A stretch of 64,000 nt of DNA from Schmidtea polychroa (Eukaryota): the NCBI GenBank assembly GCA_044892525.1, contig CM097885.1, positions 14,820,001-14,884,000 on the forward strand, in the 5' to 3' direction. A program made the translations under genes and the position numbers. Each line of letters starts with the position of its first letter. The first letter of the stretch is position 1. This document shows positions 26,348 to 39,175 of this stretch, piece after piece. The notes beneath the pieces are model-generated. The model saw nothing but the letters and a program-made list of their open reading frames with translations, searched no databases and was not told the origin of the DNA.

Positions 26348-29046
26348 ATGCAAGGTAGGCCGAGTACAAATCTTGAAATTCAGGGCTATAGAATGGAATG
26401 CTTACTAGATACAGGAGCAAGAGTAAATGTAATGGCAGAAGCAGTTGTGGAAAAATTAGTGAATGTGAAAATCATAAAAACAGATGAGATGTTAAGATGT
26501 GCAAATGATAGTAAATTAGAGACAATCGGAAAAATAAATATTGATGTTAGAATTGGTAATATGGAAAGAGGAGAAAATAAATGCTGCTATAAAAAATTTA
26601 GAAAATAATGATATCATAAGAAGATGTAATTCACCTTGGAATACGCCGTTAGTATGCGTGTGGAAAAAAGACAAAAAAGATATCAGACTTTGTTTAGATT
26701 TTAGACAGCTTAATAAGATTACTGAAAGACAAGCTTTTCCTATGCCGAATGTAGAAGAAATTCTAGATACATTACATGGATCTAAGTACTTTAGTTCTAT
26801 AGACCTTGGGAACGGTTATTATCAAGTGAAATTGGACATAGAATCGCAAGAAAAGACAGCATTTTCTACTAAAGAAGGGCAATTTTGTTTTAATAGAATG
26901 CCTTTTGGCATTGCGGAAGGACCGGGTACATTCCAAGAATTAATGACAAAATTATTGAAAGATCTATGGAAAGAAGGAGTTATGGTGTATTTAGACGATA
27001 TTTTAATTTTTACAAGAACAATTGAAGAACATTACAATGTGTTTGGAAAGGTTCTAGAGAAAATACGGGAAGCTAAATTGAGAATCAACCCAGAAAAATG
27101 TCAGTTATTAAAGAGCGAAGTAAAGTTTTAGGGCACATTATTAACAGTCAGGGGATTCGGACAGATCAAAGTAAAATTGAGGCTATTAAATCATTTCAGA
27201 GGCCTAAGTGTATAAAGAATTTGAAAAGCTTTTTAGGTATATGTAACTATTATCGGAGATTTATTAAGGAATATGCAACAAAATCAAGAGCGCTAGAAAG
27301 CATATGTGGAAGCAATAGTGAAAAAATAATCTGGACTGAGGAATGTGAGAAAGCTTTCGAAGAAATGAAAATGGCGTTGACTACAGCGCCAATTCTCGTA
27401 TTGCCAGATTTCAAGAAAGAATTCATATTAGATACAGACGCAAGCTTTGATACAATTGGAGCTGTATTATCACAAAGAGATGAAATGGGGCATGAACACG
27501 TTATTGCATATGAATCCCATGCAATGAGTAACCATGAAAGAGGATATTGTATAACACGAAAAGAGCTTTTGGCTATATATTATTTCTGTCGCCATTTCAA
27601 CCATTATTTATACGGTAAACGGTTTGTTTTGCGCACTGATCATAAAGCAATAACTTTTATGTTAACGACAAAGAAGCCGATAACAGCACAGTTCCAAACG
27701 TGGATAAATTACTTGAGCAGTTTAGACATAAAAACGGAGTTCAGAAAAGGTACGGCGCATACGAATGCAGATATGCTGTCTAGAAATACATGCGGCAAAT
27801 GTGTACAATGTTTGATGGACCATGATAACCCCAAATCAGGGCGATTAAAAACTAAATTGTTAACATTGATGACCTAAAATAATGGAAATGAATGGCAAAT
27901 AGATAATGCAGAAATACAAGATATAAAAGATCAAATAAATGAAAGGAAAAATAATAAATATATATTAAAAGGAAATATTATCTATACCAATCAAAACAAA
28001 ATATGGATACCAGAAACAAAAAGACGAGAAATGATTAAGGAAACACATTTATTATTATGCCACGCAGGTGTAGAAAAACTTATGAAATATATTAGGAACA
28101 ATTTTTATATGGAAGATTTGCTAAATGAAGTAAAAGAGACTATTTCAATATGTGAAGCATGCCAGAAAAACAAAGTTTTAACTACAAAGTCAAAAGAAAA
28201 AACCCAAGTAATTCAAGCTTCAGAACCTATGGAGAAAATATACATGGATATTTGCGGTCCATTAAAAGAAACCTTCAGAGGAGAAAATATATTTGTGCAA
28301 TAATCGATCATTACAGTAAATACATATCTCTAACTCCTATTAGAAAGCAAGATGAAAATACAATAAAGGCAGTTTTGTTAAATAATCGGATATTGAAATT
28401 TGGAGCTCCTAAGGAACTACATGTTGATTGTGGAAAGAATTTCGAAGCAAATAGCATTAAAGAACTAGCAAAGGCAGCAGGAATTGAGTTGATATTTTCG
28501 AGTCCGTATCATCATAATACTAATGGTGTAATTGAAAGACAATTTCGTACTATAAGAGACTATATTAAAGCGTCACTCAGAGAAGGAGTTAAAAAAAGCT
28601 GGGCAGAATTAATACCTGATATAGAATACGTTTTAAATGCGACAGCTCAAAAAACTACTGTAGTGAGTCCAGCAGAAATTATATTTGAAAGAAAGATTAA
28701 TAGATCGCAATGGCATAGTAATAATGAAGTGGATAGAAATGAAATCATGCGGAAATTAGAGGCTAAAAGACAGCAAGCGAAATAAATTGGCACTAGGAAC
28801 TTAGAAGTGGGGGACAAAGTATTGGTGAAACAAGAAATTAGAAACAAAGATCACGAGAGATATGAAGGACAATACACAGTAATAAAACGAAATCATGAAA
28901 GAAGTTACTTATTAACAGAAGAAAACGGGAGGAAAATAACGAGAAATATAGAAAAGTTAAAGCATTTTAAAGAAGGGGGATGTAAGGAGTTAGTAAATCT
29001 CTATATAAAATTATTATGGTTAAATGGTAGAAGTGAGATCAGTTAG
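26348..29046 (+). pseudogene. pol: Disrupted pol (PR, RT, RNase H, integrase) of element A
   Basis: LLDTGA, YLDD, DTDAS...RKELLA and the integrase core are split over several frames; apparent deletion between PR and RT near 26570. Confidence 0.92.
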
Positions 29047-30017
29047 TAGAAATAATTATTTCTGTTAAATTTTTATATTTAAATTCTTTATTAAATTATA
29101 TCATACTATATTAAATTAAATCAATTAAATGTATGACCAGTAATTACATTAATATTAATAATTATCACGCCTCGGTGTTTAAATACTCTAGTAAACGGCA
29201 CAATTTTGAAGTTGTTATAAAAATAAATGCTTGAAGAAGACTTGAATTTAATTGTGACCACATTTTTGTATCTCTTCAAGATTTTTCTGACGAAAAATAT
29301 AAATTTTTCTGACGAAAAATATAAATTTTTCTGAGAGAAACTTGACTAGAAAAAGATTATTTGAGATATTTGGAAATTTTCTTTTTGTAAAATATGGAGA
29401 ATTACAAGCCCTACAACTTTACTGACCACGACTTGTCCAAATATTTCTTGGAAAATGGTCAAAAATACAAAATATTTGTACATTAAATGGCGCTAGGTTC
29501 CAGAACCTTATCATGCAAAAGTCTCTAAATTGTACTTTGTAAAATGTTAGACCTTTGAGTGTAGTACATTTTTGTTGAAGAAATCATTTTCGTAACTTTT
29601 GAAAAAGACAGTAAAAATCACGTTCGAAACTCAGTATAATTTAAAATTCCCGCCATATGAGTTATTGCGCTTGTAAATTTGAACTTGTAAATCAACATTA
29701 CAAATTCATCAAGGGGTATGCTCGCCATAATGCATATTGGTCTAGTAGTCTCACATCTAAACATAAAATAGCTTCATAACAAACATTAAAATGACTTTTA
29801 AACTTTCAAGCCAAAAATCATATTCATTTATCAAAAACTTTTAATTTATTGCTGATCTATGAATTTGCCACCGATATTTGGGCTCCGACAAAAATGGCAG
29901 CATTCCATGTTTCCACTGCATCCGCTACATGTCACGTGTCCGCAGGGAAATCTGTAATTGATTGCATCCGAATAGCAAATTTCACAAATCTATAAATCAA
30001 TAAAAAATATTCAAAAT

Positions 30018-33000
30018 TTAAATTTTCTTTACTACTTTTCGATATATTTCTTTCGTCCTTTGATATTTCCTGACATTCGATTTCCGGTTGGAAAATTGTT
30101 GAATTATTTCACATTTAGGCACATTTATCTGATTGTTACCGTCTATGAGGCAAATCAATTTGCACATTTTTTTTAAAGAATTCGAATGTTTCGTCAGTGG
30201 ATTTGAATTTGAAAAGTAGAGAGAAAGTCTGAGAATAATTTCCGGTCGGTACTGTGAGTAAAATTGGAAAAGCATATTTTCTAATTCCGGAAATATCCGA
30301 TTTTCCATACAGTAGAAAAGCTAGAAATGTCAAGAATTATAAATTTATTAAAGGCAAAAAGTTTGTATAAATTTAAAATGGTGAATGTTTTAAATAAAAT
30401 TTTAACAATTACAATATTACAATTACAATTTCAAATCAAAGTTATACGAGTGTACTATTCCTCACCATAGTGTTGTAATAAGCACTGTATAATTGTTAGC
30501 TTGTTGAGTCAATTGTATCATTGTGAAAATATTTGTGATATTCAATTAAGTTTCCAGGGTTAATTGTTATTAGTGTGGCAGTCAAAGGCACGCTTGGATT
30601 CAGAGTAAGAATTCTAATTTTATCACCAACTCGATAACCCAACAATTCTATTTTTAATACAAAAAAATTACAAAGCCAAAAAGGTGAAAAATATCGTTTT
30701 TTTTGAATGTATGTTTTTTCCCTTAAGAATTTCATTGACCGTTAAATGGAAATTATATATTAAAAGTTTTAAAAGCTCAAAATGTAAAAACTGATGCTAG
30801 GAAGAGGGGAGCGTGATAATAAATTTAAATTATATAAAAATTCAGCACAAATTATTAATCCAATACTAAAGTTACCTTTTCTATTCTTAAAGCCATTTCT
30901 AGTTCCTGTGATTTTTTGTAGCTGTTAATTGACTTATATTCCTAACAAAAATAAAATCCAAAAAAGCTTTAATAAAAACTGACATTAGAGAACTCCACAC
31001 AGTAATTCCGAGATAAAAACAACGGCAGAATTGAATTATAATTTATAGCAGGGATCACATGGATGGGCTTTTCGTATTTCTGAATAAAAAGGAATTAAAA
31101 ATAATATATTAACCCAAATTAAATGATAACCTTGTTTTCACAATCAGCACAGCAGTTTCGGTTTAATAGAAACCGGACGATATGAATCTGTGAAAATCTG
31201 CAAGCAATATGGATTAGTCTGTCTCCGTTCTAAATGTCATTTTTATTTAATTTTGACCCAATAAACAATTGACCATGTCTTGACATTCAATATCTGACCA
31301 TCCGATGTCTAATAGATATTTTACAACATTCAAATGGCCACTGTAGCATGCGATATGTGCACATTCCTATTGGTTGTTCAATTAACTAATCAATCAATCA
31401 ATAATTCACTTTTTCATCGCTAATCAATGCTTGACTTTTCAACAGTTCTTCTGTGGAGTAATTATTATTGGATAGATTACGTACATTTGTTATTCTTGCT
31501 TCGATAATCAACATCACAAGGTCAAGGTATCCCTTCTTACAGCTGATATACAATGGCGACTCCATTTCCTGAGAGAGAGTTTTAGGTACAAGGAAGGTGC
31601 AAAACAAAAGTTGAAATTTAATAAATAACTTATAGTAAACTTCCAAATAAATGCACGATTTGTTACATATTCAGAATTTATATTGAAATAAGGAAATAAC
31701 AATAGATCAATATTTTTTAATTAATCCACTTTCCGTGATCGGATCGATCTGAAATTTCAATAGCATGCAGTGTACTCGACATCGAATCTAGTTGCCAAAT
31801 TTCAGCTCAATCCAATTACGGAAAGTAAGTTAATTTAGCCTCACAGAATTTGCTTGGCAAAATCAATCAATCAATCAAAATACACATATTTATCAGTTTA
31901 TCCCGATAATATTTTGCGTGTAAATAATTATAACATAAATAATTATGATATTTCAACATTTATTTTATTATCCATGTCTTAGGTGATAGGAAATTTATTA
32001 ATTTTATTTCTATTGATTTCATGGAATATTAATTATCATCAGTTTGTCAAATATATATTACAAAATTCAATATTAACCAGTAGCTCAAAAATACGTGGCA
32101 GGAGTGAGAGCAAAGAAAAGTGTAGCCCAAAAATATTGATTGATTACACTCACTTAATTCCTAGGAGAACCAAGAAAATTTTAGAGATTTTTATTAAAGA
32201 ATCCTCTTAGTTGAATTATTACGCAACTTTTTTTTTAATTATGTCTCGACTAAATATACCTAGTTCCAAAAAAATATTCCCTAAAAACGCGAAATTTATA
32301 TCGAAATCTTTTCATTGATTTTGATATAAAATAATCTGTGTCGACAAATAACAAATCTTTTTCGTGGAAAAGAAAAGCACATCGGAATATAGTCAAAAAT
32401 TGCACTTTTCAGTCATAATTTACACTGAGCTTTTTCTCACCTAAAAATCAATAATAGCACTTTTTAAACAATATATACATAAAAATTATATGTGCGATAA
32501 CTCATCGATCAAAATGTGGAGGGTATATATATGCGCGATAACTCATACTGATTCATGTGCGATAACTCATACTGATTCATGTGCGATAACTCATACTGAT
32601 TCATGTGCGATAACCCATACTGATTCATGTGCGATAACTCATACTGATTCATGCGCGATAACTCATACTGATTCATGCGAGATGACTCATACTGATTCAT
32701 GCGGGATGACTCATACTGATTCATGTGCGATAACTCATACTGATTCATGTGCGATAACTCATACTGATTCATACGTAAATGAATTGGCAGATAGTACAAA
32801 CCAAGCAGACCCAGGAAAACAATAATTATACCTTGTCATTGCCAACATGCATTTTTAATCGATCGATTTGTTTAGTTTGACTATTATAAAACAAATGATA
32901 AACCTCCGTAATTTCTGTCTATAAGGATATCCAATCAAATTCCGTGAATTAGAAATCCACCAATAGAATCTCACATTAATTGATTTGTTGGTACTACAAT

Positions 33001-34126
33001 TATTGGCCAATAATAATTCGACAATTTCTCGAAATCCATGCTTACAAGCGTATTGAATCGGCCGAATATTCCACTGAAATTTATCGATCAATAAACCCAT
33101 CCTTAACAAGCCCGAATTCTATTTACGTAATTGACAGCTTCCCAGTCACATTTGACCGAAACGAGTTGTTGGCTAATTCTCAAATGTCCATTTTTACAAG
33201 CTAAATGAATCGGTCTGTCGCCATACTGAAATTTAAGAGGTTTATATTCATTTCTAATTCAACAAAATATACCGAATTTTCAATATTTATGTCGCAATTC
33301 TGTTGAATTAACAAGTTGCAAATATCCTCATATCCATTTTCAGAAGCAACGTGGATTGGCCTATTGTATTTCTTAAATCATTTCTAATTACCTACTTTCC
33401 CATTAAATGACTTACATAATTGGGAGCTTCGAGATCGCAATTTTTGGAAATTAAAAATCTCACAATTTCTATGTGATTATATCTACACGCGTTGTGAATC
33501 AAATGTTGAGAGAACTGAACAATTGTTTTTCATTTGATTAATGATGTCGGTATATATTAAACGAATTTACATGATTCCTTGCTTCTATATCGGATCCTTT
33601 CGAAATTAAAAATGTGATAATATCAAGATGACCAAACTCACAAGCTAAATGTGATGGACTATTTCCATCCTAATTAATTATTTTTATTTAATATTATGAA
33701 ATTCAATAAATAATAAACTAAATTACTGAATCATTAACGCTCATTTCACATTCATTTGATATTAATAATTGAACAATATCCAGATTTCCATATTTACAGG
33801 CCAGGTGGATTGGTCTCATACTTTGCTTTAAATAATAAATTTGTTTACTTATAATTTTATAATTTATAATTTTACATCATCTTCAACTTCAATGTTGCAT
33901 CTGTTAGCTATTAATAATTTTACAATAGCCACATTACTATTTATTACAGCTAAATGTATTGGTCTGTGTAAATTCTATAAATGTTCACATAAACTAGGTT
34001 GACTTGTAAGCATATAATTACTTCATTAATTTCTTCAATGTTAGCAATTGTTCCATTTAACAAATTAGAAACTTCAATTAGATCATTATTTAAGCAGGCT
34101 TGAGATAATAAATTTTCTTTTTCCAT
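30018..34126 (-). CDS. Host ankyrin-repeat protein, 14 exons, ~512 aa, possible C-terminal SOCS/BC-box
   Basis: Exons 34126-34022, 33974-33876, 33825-33727, 33669-33571, 33514-33416, 33371-33273, 33225-33127, 33073-32975, 31568-31485, 31366-31274, 31229-31131, 31079-30984, 30941-30876, 30320-30018; all introns GT-AG and phase 0; repeats such as RPIHLACKYGNLDIVQLLI; last exon (SLKKMCKLI) is less certain. Confidence 0.85.
32531..32772. repeat. 24-bp minisatellite (ATGTGCGATAACTCATACTGATTC)n in an ankyrin-gene intron
   Basis: About 10 tandem copies. Confidence 0.95.
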
Positions 34127-34394
34127 TCTAATTTGTGTTTGGTAATATATTAATTTATTAGAATATTAAAACAAATTTAATGAATCTAAATGACTTAATT
34201 AAAAATAATCGATTAAAAGAATTTAATATCGAGATTATATAAACACAAAAATAATTATTTTAGTTATGATGTCTTCAACTTCTAAATTCATAAAATCAAT
34301 AAATCAATAATAAATGTAGTTAAAATATATTTTCCAAAAACACGCTAAAAACAATATTATTAAAACAAACAACTTTCCATAACTCTCCCCTTCT

Positions 34395-37300
34395 TTAAGG
34401 AACTGCCCATCTCTTAAGCCATTCAATTCGTCTGAGTTTCTTTGTTGTCCCGTCACTCAATTCCACCTGGTGCTCTGACAAAAACTTTGATATGACAAAA
34501 GGACCTTCATACTGTAGTCCATCTTTGTCGCGATTTTGTGGTTCTTTCCGAACTAATACTTTCTCCCCCACCGTGAAACATCGATTCGTTCTCTTCTCTG
34601 TTTCCATCTCTTTAATTCGTTTAGCTGCTTTCTCACTGTTCTCTCTTACCAATCTATGTATCTCAACTGTATCCAATGTCGTCTGAGGCAATGTTGAATG
34701 AAGGTTAATCTTCCTCCCAAAAACAATTTCAAATGGAGAAAATACCGTCGCGCTCTGTTGTGTCACGTTGATACAAAATTATACTCGAGGAAGTAACTCC
34801 GCCCAATTTCGCTCTCCTAGTCCACCTGCTAATGATGTTGCCAGCAAGTCTCTGACTGTCCGTATTGTTCTCTCAACTAAACCGTTAGATTGATGCTGAT
34901 ATGGTGAACTGAACTGTTGCGTAATACCCAGTCTTCATAGATTTGTTTTCATAATACCACTATCGAAGTTCTTCCCTCTGTCTGAGAGACAATTTCGCGG
35001 TTTTCCGAAACGGTATATCCACTTCTCCAATATGGCTTTGAAAATCGATCTCTCGTCTTGTCTCTCCAGTGCGGTCAGACTGACCATTTTGCTAAAACGA
35101 TCAATGATAACTAGCATATACCTGTACACTCCACCATTCTTCATGTGTGCTATATCAATGACCAACTGCTCTAAAAATTCTGAACTTATTATCGGCAACA
35201 ATCGTTCCTTTGTCTTCTCCTGCATTATTTTCCTTCTGCAGCATATCTCACATACTCTCAAACAGTTTTGTATAGTTTCTTGCATGTTTGGCTAAAAAAA
35301 TATGTTGCTCATATAGCTAATTAATTTCTTTACTCCAATGTGACACATTTCAGTATGTATTCCTTTAACTAACGTATTTGAGTAGTCTATCGGCACCAGG
35401 ATGAAATCTTTACCATTCTTCTCTAATAATAAAAACTCATCTTCTAATTTTATGTTGTTATGCAAATTGAAAGGAAATTTCTTTTTATTCAAGTCATTTT
35501 TTCCTCTTCTCCCTGTAACACTCTTGTCATGTGAATGAAATCTACATCATCTTGTTGCTTTTCTAAGAGTTTTGTCATCGACTCAGTCTTCTGTAATGAG
35601 CTGATATGTCTTACTCTGGCTTTTTCTTCTTTTGCGTCTTCATGTCTAGTCTGGCATTGTGCACATAACATCCCTTTAATCCTTGATATTCCGTCCGCAT
35701 TTCCATGTTCCTCTCCTTTCCTATATTGAAGATCGAAATCATATCCGGAAAGGTTGGCTAGCCAGGTTTGAAATTGCGGGCTTATCGGTTTTTTTGTGTA
35801 TCTCATGAAAACCAACGCCTTGTGATCCGTTCGTACTACAAATGACTTTCCGTATAGATATTGTTTAAAATACATTACATATTCGTGTATAGCAAGTAAC
35901 TCCTTCCTAGTCACACAATAACCTTTTTCATGCGCGGTCAAGTGTCTCGACCCATATGCAATTACCACTTCAGTACCATCTTCTTTAGCTTGACATAAAA
36001 CTGCTCCGATGGCCCCAAAACTAGCGTCTGTATCCAGAATAAAGTTTCTATCCATTCTTGGGTAATCTAGAATTGGAGCTTCACACAACTTTGTTTTAAG
36101 TAATTCAAAACTATTGTTGCAATCTTCTGACCAATTAATCTTTTTCTCACTGCCGGACGTAGCTGCATGTAGAGGTTCCGCAATTTTCGCATAGTCTTTT
36201 ATAAACTTCCTATAGTAATTGGTCATACCTAAAAAGGATCTTAATTGTTTGGCGCATACTGGTATTTCTGCATCTTGAATCTCTTTAATCTTCTTGTCGT
36301 TCGTTTTTATCCCACTTGCACTTATAGTGTGCCCTAGGAATGTCAATTCTTCTTTATACAGATTACATTTTTCTGGGTTAATTCTCAACCCCGCTAGTTG
36401 AATTCTTCTGAATACTTCCTCTAATCGGTTATTGTGTTCCTCTTTGTCTTTTCCATAGACAAGAATGTCGTCGAGGTAGACAACAACACCCTTAAATAAT
36501 ATTCCATCCAACATTGAGTGCATCATTATTTGAAACGTCGCAGGGGCGGTTGCTAGTCCAAAAGGAAGTCGGTTAAAACAAAACTGTCCTTGCCTTGTAC
36601 TGAATGCCGTGACCTCTTGAATTTCCTTCGCCATTCCAACTTGATAATATGCTTGACCTAGATCGATGGATGTGAAATATTTTGAATCTGCCAGACAATC
36701 CAGTAGAAATCGTGTATCTGGCATTGGAAAAGATATCTTTTCAGTGATCGCATTCAACCCTCTATAGTCGACACACATCCTTATTGATCCATCTTTCTTA
36801 GTCACAATCACTAGTGGCGCGTTCCATGCACTTTTGCATTTTCTAATAACTCTCGCTTCTAATAAGTTTGTGACAAGTTCGTCAAGCTTTTGTTCTAAAT
36901 GCATTGGTTGTCTTCTTGGCTGTAACATTACAGGCCCACCTACTATATTCATTTCATGTTGAACAACTTTCGTAAACCCGAGATCAAACGTTGAAGCCAT
37001 AAAAATACCTTTGAACTTCCGTAGCAATATGCCTAACTGTTCATTCTTCCCGTCTCCAAGCATTAATAATGCTTTTTCTTCTAGTTGTGAGTCCACATAT
37101 GTCCTCCCTACTTGTGACGCTTCAATATTGTCTACCTCTACCAGTCGAATACCAAATCTCTCCATTGTATCTACACCCCCAATGAAATCTGGACGTATAT
37201 CTTTGACAACTATAACATTAATAATTCTTTTTTTCCCATTCCAATCGGCTTCTATCGTCATTGCTCCTAACGGTCTTTCCATTCCCGTCGAAAATACTCC

Positions 37301-37474
37301 ACAAAGAGAAATTGTGCTCTGCTTCAACCTCGGTTTCCCAATCTTTGTCCAACTTTTTTCACTCATAACTGATACTGACGCTCCAGAGTCCCAAAGCATG
37401 TCAATCGCCGTCATGTTTATTACAATCTTACTCCACTTTCTTCTGTCTGTCGTCTCATACATCTTCTGTATCAT
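34395..37474 (-). pseudogene. pol: pol of element B: PR-RT-RH in one ORF, integrase frameshifted
   Basis: LWDSGA, YLDD and DTDAS in 35489-37474; integrase split across 35292-35492, 34935-35285 and 34395-34766. Confidence 0.92.
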
Positions 37475-37621
37475 GTCTTCATTTCGCTTCTTTCTACTGA
37501 TTATTGTGTCGACCCCACTGACGAAATGAAAGCAATGGGATCGTCCTTGTTTTTTGGTTTATCCATTGATTTTTTTATCGTTTCTTCGTAATTACTGTAT
37601 AAATCTTCTGTGAAATCACCA

Positions 37622-38749
37622 TTATTTCTTTCGTGATCTTCTTTCTAAATACATGCCACTCTCTTCTGATATCCTTTTTCTATTTTTAAGCAAAAAACAA
37701 TCTCTGAATCGATGACCTTCTTTTCCACAGATTAAACATTTGTCTTTCATAGGACATTCAAAACGCCGGTGCCCTTTTTCTCCACAACAAAAACACTGAC
37801 CTGGTGTCAGTTTCACTGGATGAGGCGAATCTCTTCCTTTGCTGTCATTAAATAACCTTCTTGCAATATCTTTAAGCGATACTGTAGGTATTCTTCTCTC
37901 TGGTTCTCCTGTCTCGTATCGTCCTCTATACCGCTCATTTTCATTCTTGTCTTCATTTACAATTGGTACAAACCGACCATTACCAGGTCTATTCCTCTCA
38001 TGATTAATCTCTCGGTGTTCGTCACGTTGATGTGCAGTTGTCTTCACAATTGTTCTTTGGTCTCGTCTACCCTCGAATTTACCATTTTTCATCACTGATG
38101 CGTAAGAGTCTCTTCTTATGGCATCAATATTGAATTTATTGTCATTCGTCATCTCGATCTTCTCCTGAATTTTTGCCATATCCCTGGCATCTTCAAAACT
38201 TGTCACTTTCCCTGATAAGAATATTTCTTTTACTCTATCGTCTTTCGCTCTGTTAGAAATAATGTCTCGAACAATCTGTTCATCAGACATTCCAGAGCTA
38301 AATACACTTTTAACTAAACTTCTTACTCGTATTTCGAAGACTTGGAATCTTTCATCTCTCTCTTGCTGAATTTGAGCTAGTTCCACAATCTTGTTAGTAA
38401 TGGTTTTCCTTACTGTAAAAGTTTCTATAAACCACTCTATTGCCATTTCATCGGTCATCTTCGCTATTTTCGCCGCTTCCCATAACATCGATGCCGCATC
38501 TGTCAACAAAAGATCCAATGCGTTTACTAGACTTTGATCTTCTATTCTCAGCCATTCCATAATATCCTTTAGCCAAAGTTCGGCTTCAGATTCAACTTTT
38601 CCGTCAAACTTTCTGACATTAAAATTTAGCATCTCACGTGCTTGTTTTGACAAGGAATCTAACATATTCTTAGTTCCTTTCTTTTTTCCTATCGCATTGA
38701 TTTCCTTGGCATGGTCGCCAGTTATGATGTCTTCAACTTCTAAATTCAT
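37622..38749 (-). CDS. gag: Gag with two CCHC knuckles (element B)
   Basis: CFCCGEKGHRRFEC, CLICGKEGHRFRDC. Confidence 0.9.
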   Translation of the reverse strand: MNLEVEDIITGDHAKEINAIGKKKGTKNMLDSLSKQAREMLNFNVRKFDGKVESEAELWLKDIMEWLRIEDQSLVNALDLLLTDAASMLWEAAKIAKMTDEMAIEWFIETFTVRKTITNKIVELAQIQQERDERFQVFEIRVRSLVKSVFSSGMSDEQIVRDIISNRAKDDRVKEIFLSGKVTSFEDARDMAKIQEKIEMTNDNKFNIDAIRRDSYASVMKNGKFEGRRDQRTIVKTTAHQRDEHREINHERNRPGNGRFVPIVNEDKNENERYRGRYETGEPERRIPTVSLKDIARRLFNDSKGRDSPHPVKLTPGQCFCCGEKGHRRFECPMKDKCLICGKEGHRFRDCFLLKNRKRISEESGMYLERRSRKK

Positions 38750-38885
38750 AAAATCAATAAATCAATAATAAATGCAGTTAAAATAAATTTTCCAAAAACA
38801 CGCTAAAAACAATATTATTAAAACAAACAACTTTCCATAACTATTTTGAAATCAATAAAAAATTATTAGGGATTAATGGAATTAA

Positions 38886-39175
38886 TTAATGGACAGATGA
38901 CCTGTCTCGATACTGCGACCGTGATGTCGAGATCCCGGAGCTGGGTACGTGGTCGTGTGATGAGTGTGATTCCCTCTCACGGGAAACACTGATTTAAATA
39001 GAAACCAATGGTGCAAAAGTAAATCAACGGATATAACCCCTTACAAGTTATTGATTACTTACCTACTTGAAGATCTTGAAGATATCGCTATATTTTCAAT
39101 ATCAATATTTCTCAAATGAATTGGTAATCTCCGAGATTCTTGTAGATATTCACAAAACGACTTAACAGGTAAATT
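38886..39175 (-). CDS. Possible last two exons of an unidentified host gene
   Basis: Donor at 39062, 74-bp intron, acceptor at 38989; phase-consistent ...IAISSRSSSSVSRERESHSSHDHVP...SSVH*; upstream exons not found. Confidence 0.3.

Larger units (their letters stand above)
34262..38842 (-). mobile_element. Ty3/Gypsy LTR retrotransposon B with 123-bp LTRs
   Basis: LTRs 38720-38842 and 34262-34384 (2 mismatches), AGTTATG...CATAACT ends, TSD ATTTT, PBS TGGCGACCATG overlapping the LTR by 1 nt, PPT AAAGAAGGGGAG. Confidence 0.95.

Noticed and set aside
32490..32825. CRISPR-like array or repeat-protein ORFs
   Set aside because: Head-to-tail 24-bp units without spacers, inside an intron; eukaryotic context with no cas genes.
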